From Tubulanus polymorphus (Eukaryota; Animalia; Nemertea), in contig NC_134030.1 of assembly GCF_964204645.1 (NCBI RefSeq), positions 5,684,778-5,748,777 on the forward strand: a DNA stretch of 64,000 nt, written 5' to 3'. A program made the translations under genes and the position numbers. The stretch's first letter is position 1. Each line of letters begins with the position of its first letter. Of this stretch, positions 50,494 to 62,799 are shown piece by piece. A model generated the notes under the pieces. The model did not search any database, had not been told where the DNA came from, and saw nothing but the letters and a program-made list of their open reading frames with translations.

Positions 50494-52221
50494 TTAAAAC
50501 AACACAACAAATATTGTAAGAATTATGGAAATTGGGAAATTGTAAAACGACCGTATCGACCTTGAAGCAGATGATTCGAACTGGTCTAAATCATCGACGT
50601 CGTCATCTCCGTCACTACTACCGGCTGGTATGATTTCACCTATATTCCCGCTGTTATGTTGCCTTGCATTGTTGGGATTCGGAGGGCGGTGGTATTTATT
50701 CTTATTATGTTGTCCCCGCTGATTAGTTTGTCGGTTTTTAGAATTTTGATTCTTATGCTGATTCTGTTTACTAGACTGATGACTATTTCCACTTTTCTGC
50801 TGTTGCTGTTGGACTTTCTGTAATATTTTGTTCAGAAGTTCGTCGCCATCGTTTGCGTCGATTGTTTGTCTGCACACTGCCTGTTGGTACTTGTCGCATT
50901 CCTGGAAGGCGATATCGTCTTCGTTCGGATCAGTGCATGTTTGATAACTTTCGTAACTTGCCGGACACTTTTTACGACGGGTTCTGAAGGATTTCCCACC
51001 TTTGCACGAACACGACGACCATTCAGCCCAGGATGCCGATATCTCACAAGATACGCTCGGATCGTTACACGGTTTTATTTCATGTGGATTTATGTCAATG
51101 AAATACGTCTTATCGCAGACGTATCCGGCTGGGATATCCCTCTCGTCGCAGGCATAAAATCGCTCCTTGATTCGATTACCATCGTCCGAACACTTACACG
51201 GTGACCAGGATTTCCAATTCGGGATAATTTTACAGTGTCCTTCACAAACTGCGCTGATCGTTCCCGTAGAACACACATATCTGGATGGGTCATACGGCGG
51301 CACACCGGTGCACGTACCCCGCTTGTATTTATACCCGATTCCGCTAGCGCATATGCAATCTGACCAATCCTCCCACACCGGTTCTATTTTGCATAGATAC
51401 TTCGAATTGCTCCTCGGGCTGCATTCGTCCAATTTTTCGCGCAAATGAGGGATGTTAGCATCGTCGCACGCCCCTTCCGAACCGCGGGTATCGAAACAGA
51501 CCTCTTCACGCCATCTCGTTACGCCGAAGCAACCTGTACACTTATGCGACCACGAGGTTTCACCACGAATGAAATGAGTTTTGACGAACTTTACGTAAAC
51601 CGAAAATACGCACACGTTCGCCGATGTATGATCTTTCCCAAACATCCACCATACCCCTTCTGAGGAATTGGTGTTTGCGTCGATTTCGACATTCGCCTGC
51701 CAGTCACCGACATTTTCCACGGCTACAGTTGATTTCTGCCCTTCAGGGCCGTACAATTCTAATGTAATCGGGTCCAACCCGGAGACTACTATATTAGCTT
51801 TTCCCGTGTTCTCCCATACATACATAATCCTGCCGTGTAAGCCTACCAGTGGATCCGGGAACGTTAAGCGACATCGGTCATTTTTTCTCGTGTACGGATG
51901 ACACCTGAAATCTTCATCGTCGATATTCCACACATTATAATTGCAAATACCTTTTCTCACGGGAAATGACCGGTCGACATCGAAAATTGTCCATAAATCT
52001 ATGTTAATGGGAATCTTTGACGAGAATCCAAATGGGCAATCGAATAACGCGTTTGCAGTGGCGTCATCGGGCGAAGATCGGTAACTGTTGGGAACCGTAT
52101 AAATGAACCGCCATCCTTCGTTTAGGAATGCAGAAATACCGCAACTTTTGTCCGCTAGATCGTCGTAAACTTGAAACGACCGATAGACAAATGTACAAAG
52201 CAAAATGAATCGCACAAACAT
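50494..52221 (-). CDS. Intronless secreted or GPI-anchored Cys-rich protein with TSP1-like repeats
   Basis: N-terminal signal peptide, WEDWSDC / WKSWSPC / WAEWSSC with RxRxC-type motifs, a Q/N-rich linker and a hydrophobic C-terminus (FPISIILTIFVVLF) after small residues. Confidence 0.8.
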   Translation of the reverse strand: MFVRFILLCTFVYRSFQVYDDLADKSCGISAFLNEGWRFIYTVPNSYRSSPDDATANALFDCPFGFSSKIPINIDLWTIFDVDRSFPVRKGICNYNVWNIDDEDFRCHPYTRKNDRCRLTFPDPLVGLHGRIMYVWENTGKANIVVSGLDPITLELYGPEGQKSTVAVENVGDWQANVEIDANTNSSEGVWWMFGKDHTSANVCVFSVYVKFVKTHFIRGETSWSHKCTGCFGVTRWREEVCFDTRGSEGACDDANIPHLREKLDECSPRSNSKYLCKIEPVWEDWSDCICASGIGYKYKRGTCTGVPPYDPSRYVCSTGTISAVCEGHCKIIPNWKSWSPCKCSDDGNRIKERFYACDERDIPAGYVCDKTYFIDINPHEIKPCNDPSVSCEISASWAEWSSCSCKGGKSFRTRRKKCPASYESYQTCTDPNEDDIAFQECDKYQQAVCRQTIDANDGDELLNKILQKVQQQQQKSGNSHQSSKQNQHKNQNSKNRQTNQRGQHNKNKYHRPPNPNNARQHNSGNIGEIIPAGSSDGDDDVDDLDQFESSASRSIRSFYNFPISIILTIFVVLF

Positions 52222-54443
52222 CTTTCATTTTGTGTTACTAATGAAGGAGCTAACAGTTTTGATTGTTAAACGCGATTCTTTCCATCGCAAAAATGTAGGT
52301 TAATTAAAAGGTTCACCAAGATCCTTAGTGTCTGGTTGAGTTAACTAGGACCGTAGAGCACCGCATATCACTTCAAGGACTGGGTGTAGATTTTTCCTGT
52401 TAGCATTCACATTGTTCCAGAATTTATTTTGAAGAAATTTTCCAGATAATTTTAAAACAATATTCGTCGAAACAGACCATACCCTCGAATTTCCCACAAT
52501 ATTTTCGGATGATTCTTTTTCGTCATACAACGTGACAACGTGTCCTGATGCAAGAGAACATTGGCATTGTTCAATCTTTTAGTAGATATTTCTTGGCGTG
52601 AAAGAATAGCTAAATACGTTTGCCTTTTTAGATGAATGCGATGTAAATTGTATTTTTCCGTAGCCATTGATTTTTCCCCCAATACGACGGCTTTCCGTTC
52701 TGTCTCTCTTCTACATCGATGCAGAATGAAAACAATCTATCGGTCTGAGGCTGCTCTCGAAGCAAGATGCGTGTGGATATTGAAGGAGACTGAATCGATC
52801 GGTTACAGCAAACGAACGAACGAAGTAGTACATGCGAGTGTAGTGGTGTCGACATTGATTCTGGGCACCAGTCTCGTCGACGAGTGGTTTTATGCCAACA
52901 ACGTCAACACGGTGATACCGTTGATTAAAACATGATTCAGACACCTTTGGAATAGACGTCGAAGATAGAAACAGGTAAGCCGATTTGAATACGGCTAGTA
53001 GAAGCGTTATATGAATTGCATTGCATTATGACTATCCTTTTGCAATACTGAAAAATCTGAATACTCGAAATAATTCATTAGGCTAATGTATATTCTGCAT
53101 AACAAATAACTGTATATCATCTTTGTTTAGCATTACCTAGCAGGCTTTACTATTGCGGTTTTGTTGACAACGCCTTAACCTAAACGAAAGCTAGAAAATT
53201 TATTCGAAAGATGATTTTTGATAATTTAATCCTATTGGCCTAATTATGGTACATACCGATGATAGGTTGCGTGACTATATAAGTCACTTGACCGCGCCAT
53301 CAGCATTTGTACTGCTAATCAAAGTGATCTATTGGTTAGTATTTCTAGATTATGAGCATGTTCCATAATATCTTCTCGCCGGAAATAAGCTATATGCGTA
53401 TAGCCTTTGTGATGGATCTAATGCCAAATAGCAAATAGAGACGCAAACGCGATTTATCGTATTCGTCCGCTAATAAGGTCCATGAGGTTGATCTAGACGT
53501 CTGTGTTTGCTCATTTATTGAGGAGGTATTTACCACCAGCATGCATCGACGTTGCTGCAAATATCCTATTCTCCATACTGTCATCGATCAACCCTGTGCA
53601 TACACAAAGTCTCCCAGTCTCTTTCCTACACAGCGATCGTAAGCTAACGTGCTTTTTGCCACAAGGTATTTTTCGAAACGACGAAATGATCACATTCGAC
53701 GACGGTAACATGATGTATTTTCAACAGCACGTGGTATTTCAGACTAATTTATTGACTTCTATGTCATCAGTAATGGACGACGTGATGGATTTAGGCAATT
53801 AGCGAACGAAATGACATCAGTAGTTAGCGAAAATCATTACGCGATCTAATTGAATTAAAAAAAACCCTTCAAGTTATTGACATCGAAGCTTAAAACACGC
53901 TTCCGAAATCCAATATCTGAAGTTGTTTTGGTGTGGGATTTGTAGACAATCATTTAAGCGATGAAAATCGAACATAGTCTCATTAAACCCGGTTTGATAC
54001 GTGTGAATGAGAGTTTACTCTAATGACAGTATCAGTGTGAGATAATTGCTTTCCAAGTTTAAGCTTCGGTTATATCCCCAACTTAATTGATTGGCGATTC
54101 GTAACACAAGGTTATAACACATATCGAGACAGTAGCATAGCAATTGTAATTTTCACAACACATTTACTGATAAACCGGTATCGCTGACAGTACCACTAGA
54201 TATCGACTGTGAATCCGATGATTATTTTCACACATAGTGTCAATGTGCATATTACACAGCTTCACGTGTATCGGATGTACACAAACATTTTCTAAACGTG
54301 TATCATACATTCATGAATACTTTCCCATTTCAGAAAACTAATGCTGTTAGCAAAGTATAAGAGATGTTTCCACAAGCCATCTAAAGAAAGAAAGAACGTC
54401 TGCCATAAAATGGCTAACAGTGGCGAAATGCTCCGTAAATGCA

Positions 54444-56188
54444 ATGACAGATAGCCCAGATAGCGTGGCAAATCTGAACGGAATGTTTGCTCTGCGAAGA
54501 TTGTTCGGGGCTCAAGAGATCCAGCCCCACCAACCGGGTCAGAAGCTAATCAAAAAATTCGGAAGGCGCGGTAAAAAGAAAGGGGAGTTTAACATGATGA
54601 CTGGAATTGCTGTTACAAAAACTGGTAGGTGTTCTGGGAAAGTGCGCTAGCATTGATTATCGTTTCCTTTTGGGATTAGCTTAATCATTATTTTGAGCCC
54701 GATACGAACCACAACCCGGTCGCATATAATATCCTTTGCAGTTCAATTTCTGACGGCTCATTGACTTCTAGTGTATCACACTATCTATGTGTACAATTAC
54801 ACAAACGATTTCGCATTAAGCCCAAAACAGCGAAATTATGATTGAAATTGTTTTGAGAAGCAATGTTGAAAATGATAATGAGATTATTCATGTAAAATTG
54901 GCTGTATGATATTCAAACAAGATATGAACGCGTGTGTTTTGGTCGAAGGATTTCATTAGTTTTCATTATCTTCTGTGGTTGAGTTTCAATCTTTAATAAG
55001 CCCGACACGTGATCACCGAAGGGATCCACAAAGGAGTTCCGCTTGCTTTGCGTGTTTGACACTTTCTGACATTTATGATGGGGTTCGTGATTGAAGCTCA
55101 CTGGAAAAATGTCGTTCGTTATCTACAAGACATCTCTCGAATGCAATGAGATTAACAAGCAGAGCGTTCGGTGACATTATGTAGCTTGAGAGGTGCCCGG
55201 AAAACCTCTCTCGCACCTCCTTGATGTAACATGCGCAAATGTAGCCCTGATGTACATCACATTGATGTCCAGATAATCTATTCTCACTTCCGATTCGTTT
55301 CGCTTCTATTTTCCAGGTGATATCGTCATTGCTGATACGGAAAACCATCGCATACAAATCTTTACCAACGACGGAGAATTCGTGCGCAAATTCGGCGACT
55401 CGAATGACCCCGACCTGCGACTCCACTATCCTGTCTGCGTCGCCATGACACCGGAAGATCACGTGGCTGTGACAGATGCCGTGAACCAGCGCGTCAAAAT
55501 ATTCAGCCAATCGGGCGAGCTCGTATCGGCGTATGGAGAAAAGATACTGGAATACCCGTACGGATTGGCAGTCGCTGAAAATCTAATCGTTTGTACGGAC
55601 CTATACCGACATTCCGTGGTAATCATCAACTGTATTACGGGCGCGAAAACGAACGAATTCGGGAAGTACGGCGACTCGCCCCTGGAATTCGACCACCCGT
55701 ACCACGTAGCCGTTACCATGGACAAACGAATCGTCGTCTCGGACTATGGCAATAGTTGTATAAAGATATTTCGATTCGACGGTCGCCCCGTGAATTTCTA
55801 TTCCATCGCTGATTTCAAGATTCAAGGTGAACTATACATAACGTTGCAGGGGGTATGCATAGACGGCGATAACAACGTACTTGTCATATGTAATTCGACT
55901 ATTTACGTTTTAGCCGAAAGTGGTCGGCTGTGGGAAGCGATATTACCCTCGGATGGTTTGACGGCTCCGAAATGTATCGCATTTTCTCCTTTCAATCAAA
56001 TAGTCATCACTCAATATGACGTCGGGTTTAAACACGACGTTCTGATATACGAATACAATCCGGATGATTTCAAATCATTGAAATTCTTTCACGCCAGCGC
56101 GGCCGGATCGATATACCCTCGCTCAACAGCAGCTAGCGCTTGTAAAACAATGTCGAGACCTACAACCAGCAAGGGCTCAGCAACTTGA
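54444..56188 (+). CDS. NHL-repeat beta-propeller protein (TRIM-NHL-like domain without RING/B-box/coiled coil)
   Basis: Exons 54444-54624 and 55317-56188 (phase 1). Repeats KFGRRGKKKGEF..GIAV..GDIVIADTENHRIQIF, YPVCVAM..VAVTDAVNQRVKIF, FDHPYHVAV..IVVSDYGNSCIKIF. In-frame stop at 54348 upstream. Confidence 0.85.
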
Positions 56189-56793
56189 GAGCCGCCAAAC
56201 AAGACGATATAGTTATCGAAAAAGATGCTTTTACCGTAGAATGATAGATTGTAGAATGCATTTTAATCATTCGTGGTGGCAGATTTAGGGAATTTCTTAG
56301 CGTACACAAGAGCTATAAGCTCGCGTAATAAAAGTGTTGTGAGATTAACCTCGGCTCTGTGCGCACTGGCGTCGATATTTTCTAGGTATAAAATAAAAAC
56401 AAAGAACGATGTAAATCAATGAATATATCTATTTGAATCGTATAGGTGTCATGCTGAGTCCAGAATAACGCTATTTATGTCCCGACCCCGAAACACCGGA
56501 ACGACTGTCTGACCGACACAAAGTTGAATTAATGACTGTAAAACTTCTATATTAATCAAAACAAAACAAAATACATACAAAATATTCTATATACTTAAAA
56601 AAATTTGCGATCATGTCCAAGTTGTCAATAGGCTTCACCAGAATAAACTAATTGAAAAATGTCTCCACGGAGTATTCGAATATCCTTTAGTGTTTATCAT
56701 TATTACATAAAACAAAAATAAAGGGGACAGCAACATTAGTTGTTCTCGATAGTTTGAACACGTTTTGAGTCCATAACCGTAGAAACTATCTGT

Positions 56794-57279
56794 TTATTGG
56801 GTGATATCCACTTTTACGGTGAGGCCTTTTTTCGAAGTTGAAATCATGACGTTCGGGTCCCTAGAGCTACGCATTTGACTCGCTACAGTGGGCCGGCTTA
56901 ACCTAGCAGTAAGTTGTTCTTGATCTTCGGGCGTCGCGAGTAGTTGCTTTTCTTCCTCTTCGGTTGTTTCTTCCGACGATTCGGTACCAACGTGCATCTT
57001 CGTGGCAAAGGTCGGTCGTCGAAGACGCTCGAGGACTTCTTCCATCTCGTGACGCGAGAATATGCGATCGAACGCCGGCGCCGGCGGTAGCTCCATGAAG
57101 TCACCGGGTGGCAGCATTTTCCGTTTCCACGTAGCCACCTGTTGGGGTCGCCGCATAAACTCGAACGGTTCAAAACTAAGCATCCCGTCCGATCGATGGT
57201 GATCTTTCTGACCTGATCCGAAATACGTATGCTTTAAGTCGTTTCTCGTCATATTCGTGTACGTCAAATAGAACGCCAT
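56794..57279 (-). CDS. Uncharacterised intronless 161-aa protein with two RLxRPTxA motifs
   Basis: ATG ORF with elevated GC. Internal repeat EEVLERLRRPTFA / EQLTARLSRPTVA. Confidence 0.7.
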   Translation of the reverse strand: MAFYLTYTNMTRNDLKHTYFGSGQKDHHRSDGMLSFEPFEFMRRPQQVATWKRKMLPPGDFMELPPAPAFDRIFSRHEMEEVLERLRRPTFATKMHVGTESSEETTEEEEKQLLATPEDQEQLTARLSRPTVASQMRSSRDPNVMISTSKKGLTVKVDITQ

Positions 57280-58086
57280 TGCTTCTACTGATCTTAATAT
57301 CCAACTTTTGAGATAATCGGTAAAATCCTTAATCTTTCTTCTGCCGTTTGTTGATTCTAAATGCTGACTTCATAAGTGTTATTTTTTCAAAGTCGATTAC
57401 AAGCCGTGGTTGACAACCACTAACGTGTCTACGTACATATATGATAATGTGATATGAAATCTTATTCGGTTCATAAAGAACCTCGTTACGCACTAATCTT
57501 CTTAACCTTTTGGGCTCGTGTCACGGATTCATTTAGTGTGGAGAGTTCACGCTGTGTCCATATTCATATGAACTATCGGTAACGAAACGGTTTTCATACA
57601 TGAATTAATTAATGTCCATGGCGTAGACCACATGCATTTTTCTTTAGTTTATTGGACAGCTGTGGAATTAGGGAAATAACGACGCCAAACCTGGGCAAGT
57701 TGTATGATCGGATTGATAATTCTCCTTAAAGTTTAAAACCACGTCAAGAATAAAAGGCCAAGAGGTTCTTCAATGAAGCGTTTTATTTTCCATGTACTAA
57801 GTGTAATAAACACATTGCAGTATACGCACAGGCGTAATTAAAAACAAAACTAATGGAATCAAATGTAGATACTGTTCTTTCACATTTTGTCCAAAGATAG
57901 GTTGATAAATCGATGAATAGATCGGAATCTATCCGGTCTTTAAAGGAAAAAGCCTCGATAGCAACAACATACTCTTAGCACTTTGCAGCTGTCATAAATC
58001 ATTAATGGGAATTTAATTGGATACAATAATCTCTGAATAACTGAATAGATCTGAGCCAATAAGCGTAGTTTATTTTGCACGTGAAG

Positions 58087-58603
58087 TTAGCATCGTCTGA
58101 ATCCATACCGGCACAAACAGGCGTATCCGGTTTTACAGCAATAAGTGCCACCTTTCGCTCGGAGACTGCAATGCGGAAATTGGTTGAATCGTTTCTGTTC
58201 TATTACGGCATCTGAAATGAAAAACGATATGATGTAAAATGATTCGCAGATTTGAGACTAATTAGCAATTTTCAGTAGTCGAATTACGATATTCAGCCTT
58301 AATTAGGTAAGCAATACGACGATTGAAAAACGATCCAAAATTGAAACGCATGTCTGCGTTACGAGAAGATCATTTTCATCATTTCGTGTTTTGCTGTCCA
58401 CTTTTGACAAAGCTTAACAAACAAATATTTTTCACCAGAACATCGGTCTGCCGAACCACAACTGCAGTTTTCCTGTTGGCGGCAGCACGCATTGGCGTCA
58501 TCGTATTCGCAAGGTCGCCGTTCGCCGAGCATGTAACCGGTTGTTTCTGTGATAGCGATCACCAGACAGAGGGCTAAGACAACTGTTCTACCATCTAGAA
58601 TCA
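58087..58603 (-). CDS. Small secreted precursor of two 6-Cys peptides (toxin or antimicrobial-like)
   Basis: Exons 58603-58436 and 58211-58087 (phase 1/1): signal peptide, RR, Cys domain 1, KR, Cys domain 2, stop TAA. The start codon is probably split A|TG with an upstream exon. Confidence 0.75.
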
Positions 58604-58778
58604 CTGGAAACGATAGAATAAATAAATAAACTGTGAAAAAAATAGTCGATACAGTGGAAGATCACTATAAATCTAAGGCTAACTATAAAATAGAGAAATT
58701 TTTAATTTCATTTGCTGATGGAAGCGACTTTCCTCATCTATGAATTATAAAAACCTCGCCAGAAATTACGTATACTTA

Positions 58779-58951
58779 TTGAAATATAGATTCGTCTGAA
58801 CGGGTGCGTCTGACAAAAAGCAGGTTTCTACCATTACGTCATAAAAAATGTTCTAATCCGATAAAACGTATGATTAGATTAGTTTGTGCGGCGATGGAAT
58901 GGTAGAGACCTGGTTTTGTCAAACGTACTCGTTTAGACAAATATATTTCAA
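58779..58951. mobile_element. Hairpin/palindromic MITE-like element
   Basis: ttgaaatatagattcgtctgaacg...tctaccatt pairs imperfectly with aatggtagag...gacaaatatatttcaa. Confidence 0.7.
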
Positions 58952-59662
58952 TTTATATCCCTAAATGACAGCAGGATGCCCAGTCTCTAGTGAAAATTCC
59001 GTTCTCTCCAATTATTGGAAAAAACGTTTGTTTCTACGAATGAGGCGTCAAAGTGCAATTAGTTCGTTCACGGGGGAAATTAGAAACTAGACGACAAAAT
59101 GTTACATTTCGCGTGATCCGCTTAACAAAGTCTGAGGTCACTGACACCGATCCGACCCCAACAAACAATAGATAACATTGACTTCGATGATGCGATTATG
59201 TTAACTTTCAATTATATTGTGTCAACAGCTTTTCGACGAAATCATTTTCACCCGGCTCAAGTGACAAAAACGGCTGAAATGATGGCACGTCCGGGGGATA
59301 ACAGTAAGGTGTCACGACTTTCCCGGTGGCCATAAATACAAAACAGCAACGCATAATTTGATAAGTAAAATTGTGCGCTGACGCAAATAAGGTTTATAAT
59401 GTAAATAATGGTCGCCTATGGTGATTTCAGGAGCTGATCATGTGTTCATTGGCACAGTGCTACGTTCATCACAAAACCTCGTGACATTTTGAACTGGAAG
59501 ACTAACTAGAAAGTTTATTGTCACCTTGAAAAATAACACATTGTACCATATTGTCGACAATGAATAACATTATATGAAATCAAATCATTCTAGGATTAAT
59601 AAAGTTATTTTGGATTGGAATAACGATATTTGAATTGAATTGACGGGCAAGCAGTCTATAGC

Positions 59663-59860
59663 CCCGATATATTGATGACGTAGTGCACATGTTTAATTAC
59701 AGAATAAACGCCAAAATTCACAATTTTGACTGTTATTTTGAAACGACAATATTAATGACGCAAGTGCACATAGACTCACACGGAACCCTTTAGATAAGGC
59801 ATACTAGCTATCAATGCATATAAACAATATTTTAACGGTTTTAACGGTGTTGAAAAATTG
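59663..59860 (+). repeat. Dispersed repeat family A, copy 3
   Basis: ccgatatattgatgacgtagtgcacat...cgccaaaattcacaat...gaacccttt matches 10739-10985. Confidence 0.75.
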
Positions 59861-60411
59861 CGCAGTTGTGCTATTTTCAAATTACAAGAGGTTATGATCG
59901 ATATCATCAGATTCTAACTTCTCTACATACGTGCCAATGTACCAGTTGTTTTTTTGCGATGTCACAATACATACATTTCCAATTGGATATACGTATCTAT
60001 CCATAATGCGAAAATGCTGGTATATTGTGAAACGTGTTTTACTCGAAGCATTTGCTTCCACCATTTGGTTTTCCCATGTTAAAAACTTGCGAAGTATTTC
60101 TACACGGTATTTTCAATGTTTCTAGTCACTTTCCAACGAGCGGTTCTTGTCAAATCAGATTATTGGACCATCGCTAATTGTCTGATGGACTATCTACGCG
60201 GAAATCTCGTTAGAAACGTCGTCGTCAAAATGAAGAACGATCGCGGAAAAAAGGATTTTATAAAGAGCATTGAAGTATGATTAATTCCGTTTGCTTCTGA
60301 CCTACATTTTACCAATCAACGAAGCATAAAAAAGATATCGAGTTTGCATTCTGATGATTTAAACTTATTTCATACGAGCGAAAGAAACGAATTCCAGACT
60401 TTATCTGGCCT

Positions 60412-60506
60412 TAAAAAAGAAAAAGCCTCGATAGCAGCAACATACTCTTAGCACTTCGCAGCTGTCATAAATCATTAATGGGAATTTAATTGGATAAAAT
60501 CATCTC
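60412..60506 (+). repeat. Direct duplicate of 57940-58033
   Basis: aaaagcctcgatagca.caacatactcttagcactt.gcagctgtcataaatcattaatgggaatttaattggata is present at both sites. Confidence 0.9.
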
Positions 60507-62799
60507 AACAAACTACCACCGGCAAGAGAAAATCGTGTGTTCCAAGACGCTAGATCGAGCGGTGTTCCCTCCATTCCTTGACGTAACATATATACTACGA
60601 ATTACTTGTATGGTTTGAAACACTTTCATTATTCACAAGGAATGTCGATGCCCTTTTATTAATCAAAATACCAGTGCCAGTTCGAAACCATAGAAGTTAT
60701 AGTTATAAGTAAGACACAAACTAATCATATTTACGTATATAAGTTTAGAAATGTCAAATGACAATGATCGAAATCGCTTGGCAAATTCGTGTGCCGATTG
60801 TTTTTATCGTTCAATTCTATTTCAATTCGCGATCAGTATTCGAAAAAAATCATATGCTATGAATGTATTGGCAGCATCAATTTTTCTATGTATGATAAAA
60901 GCAGGATATTATACACTAATGATCTTATTTTTGTGATTATATGCGTATGTATTAGATTTGTATGATTGTATCACGCTTAATGAATGTATATTCTTAGTGT
61001 GACAAACAAGAGAAAATATTTGTAAAACCTATGAAACTTTAAAAAAAAATATTCGCAATAACAAAAATATTTGTGCAAAATTGCAAGAACGATTGAAAGT
61101 GTTAATGAAAAGTTTTACTTACTGATTGCAATAGCGGAGCGAATCGACAACAGAATGTAATTCCTAACGTTTATCTGCTAAGGTTTTTCTGTTAACTCTC
61201 TTTTCTCTTCGACACTCCGACAATAAACACAGCGCTGCTGCGTGCATTGCCAAAATCAAGCGCCACCAGAGGTGACAATGAGAACTTACGATAAAAAAAC
61301 TGAAAAAGCCTAGACATACTCGTTGAAATGTATGTTTTGAGAAGAGTAAAATGGATCTTTCTATTTCAATCGCTTTTTTCAATTCAAATTACCACAACCA
61401 AAGGATGCCAACTACAATTTCAATCCAGCAACACTATTTGAAATAGATATTCTAAGAGCTAAGAAATCATAAATCAATCTCACTTATTGAAATAAGATAC
61501 TTATTCTTGATATCAAAATAAGCATGCTAACGATGAACTAGAGTATGGACAATAGACTAAACGCCTCTGGAAATAAGAGGAATTGTTCTAACAGCGGCTT
61601 TCATTTCAACTCGACGCGAACTGTACTGACGCACTGGCGAGATGGCGTACCATTACAAAATAATCACCTGAACAAATAATTCATTGTAGATTTATGAATT
61701 TCTTACGAGAAGTTATTAACTTTAGGTAAACTAAACATTGACGGACGGCAAACCGTAAACAGTTGCACCGACAGGCTGTTGACCAAACGTCCGGTAACAT
61801 AACGATTTTGTAATTATAAGGCGGAAGCTGGTGCCGTATATATACGTGGGCGGAAAGAGACGATTTCTCTATCAACAACTGGTGTTTAAGGATAGGATCG
61901 CGTAAGTCGCATGCGGGCAATCTAGATGTGAATAAAAGCCTGGGATAAAAGCTTGGGATATAACGCGAACTTGACGTATAGTGGATGGAGTCTATCGTCA
62001 TCATCCTGCCTGAAACGTCTCATCCTGAGACTGAAACGTCACATCTTTTGAAACTTCCAATAATAGATTTTGTTTTTAAATCTTAGATTGGTATGTGTAT
62101 ATATAGCGCGCTTTTGATTTTGCTTTATTTTTAGTTAGTTTTGAAATCATCTTCGTTGGATGAAAATTAGGCATAGTTAGATCGGTTTCGTAGCAATTTC
62201 AGCTAGTGAAAAAACATTTTACTTTTCCGTCATAATCAAATTACAATTCAAGTCATTATACTTAGTAAAATGAAAAGCCTGATCTAGATAAACCTACAAG
62301 AGAATATTCGCATGAGTTTTCTTAATTTCTTGTATGATTTACATAAGTAAATGATACCCCGTGCTGTGATCACGCTGACTACATATGTCTCTACTCTATA
62401 GGTGGGGCTAATTGCCATTTCAAACACAGATGCCTGAGTGATATACGCGCGCGCGTGAGACAGGAAGCAAGGCGATCTGATTAAATCGAAGTATACGCGA
62501 TTTTAGAAGTCGACAAATGCATCGTTCGTGCGTGTGGAATTGTCTAAAATCTGCATCCATTGACTACGAAACTTGCTTGCGCAAAACAGTACAACCTATC
62601 TGATTCATTCGTCAAACAATCAACAGCGTGATGAGCTTTAAAGTTGAATCGAATAAGACAGCGATCAGGTTTTCGTCACAGGAATGTATTTGAGCCGAGA
62701 AATAATGTTTTTTTTTGTGAAATATATTCGTAGAGCGAAATTAGCCTTAGAAGAATATTGTTTCGGCGGTTGAGGAATTTCTGATTTCAAATATTCGAA

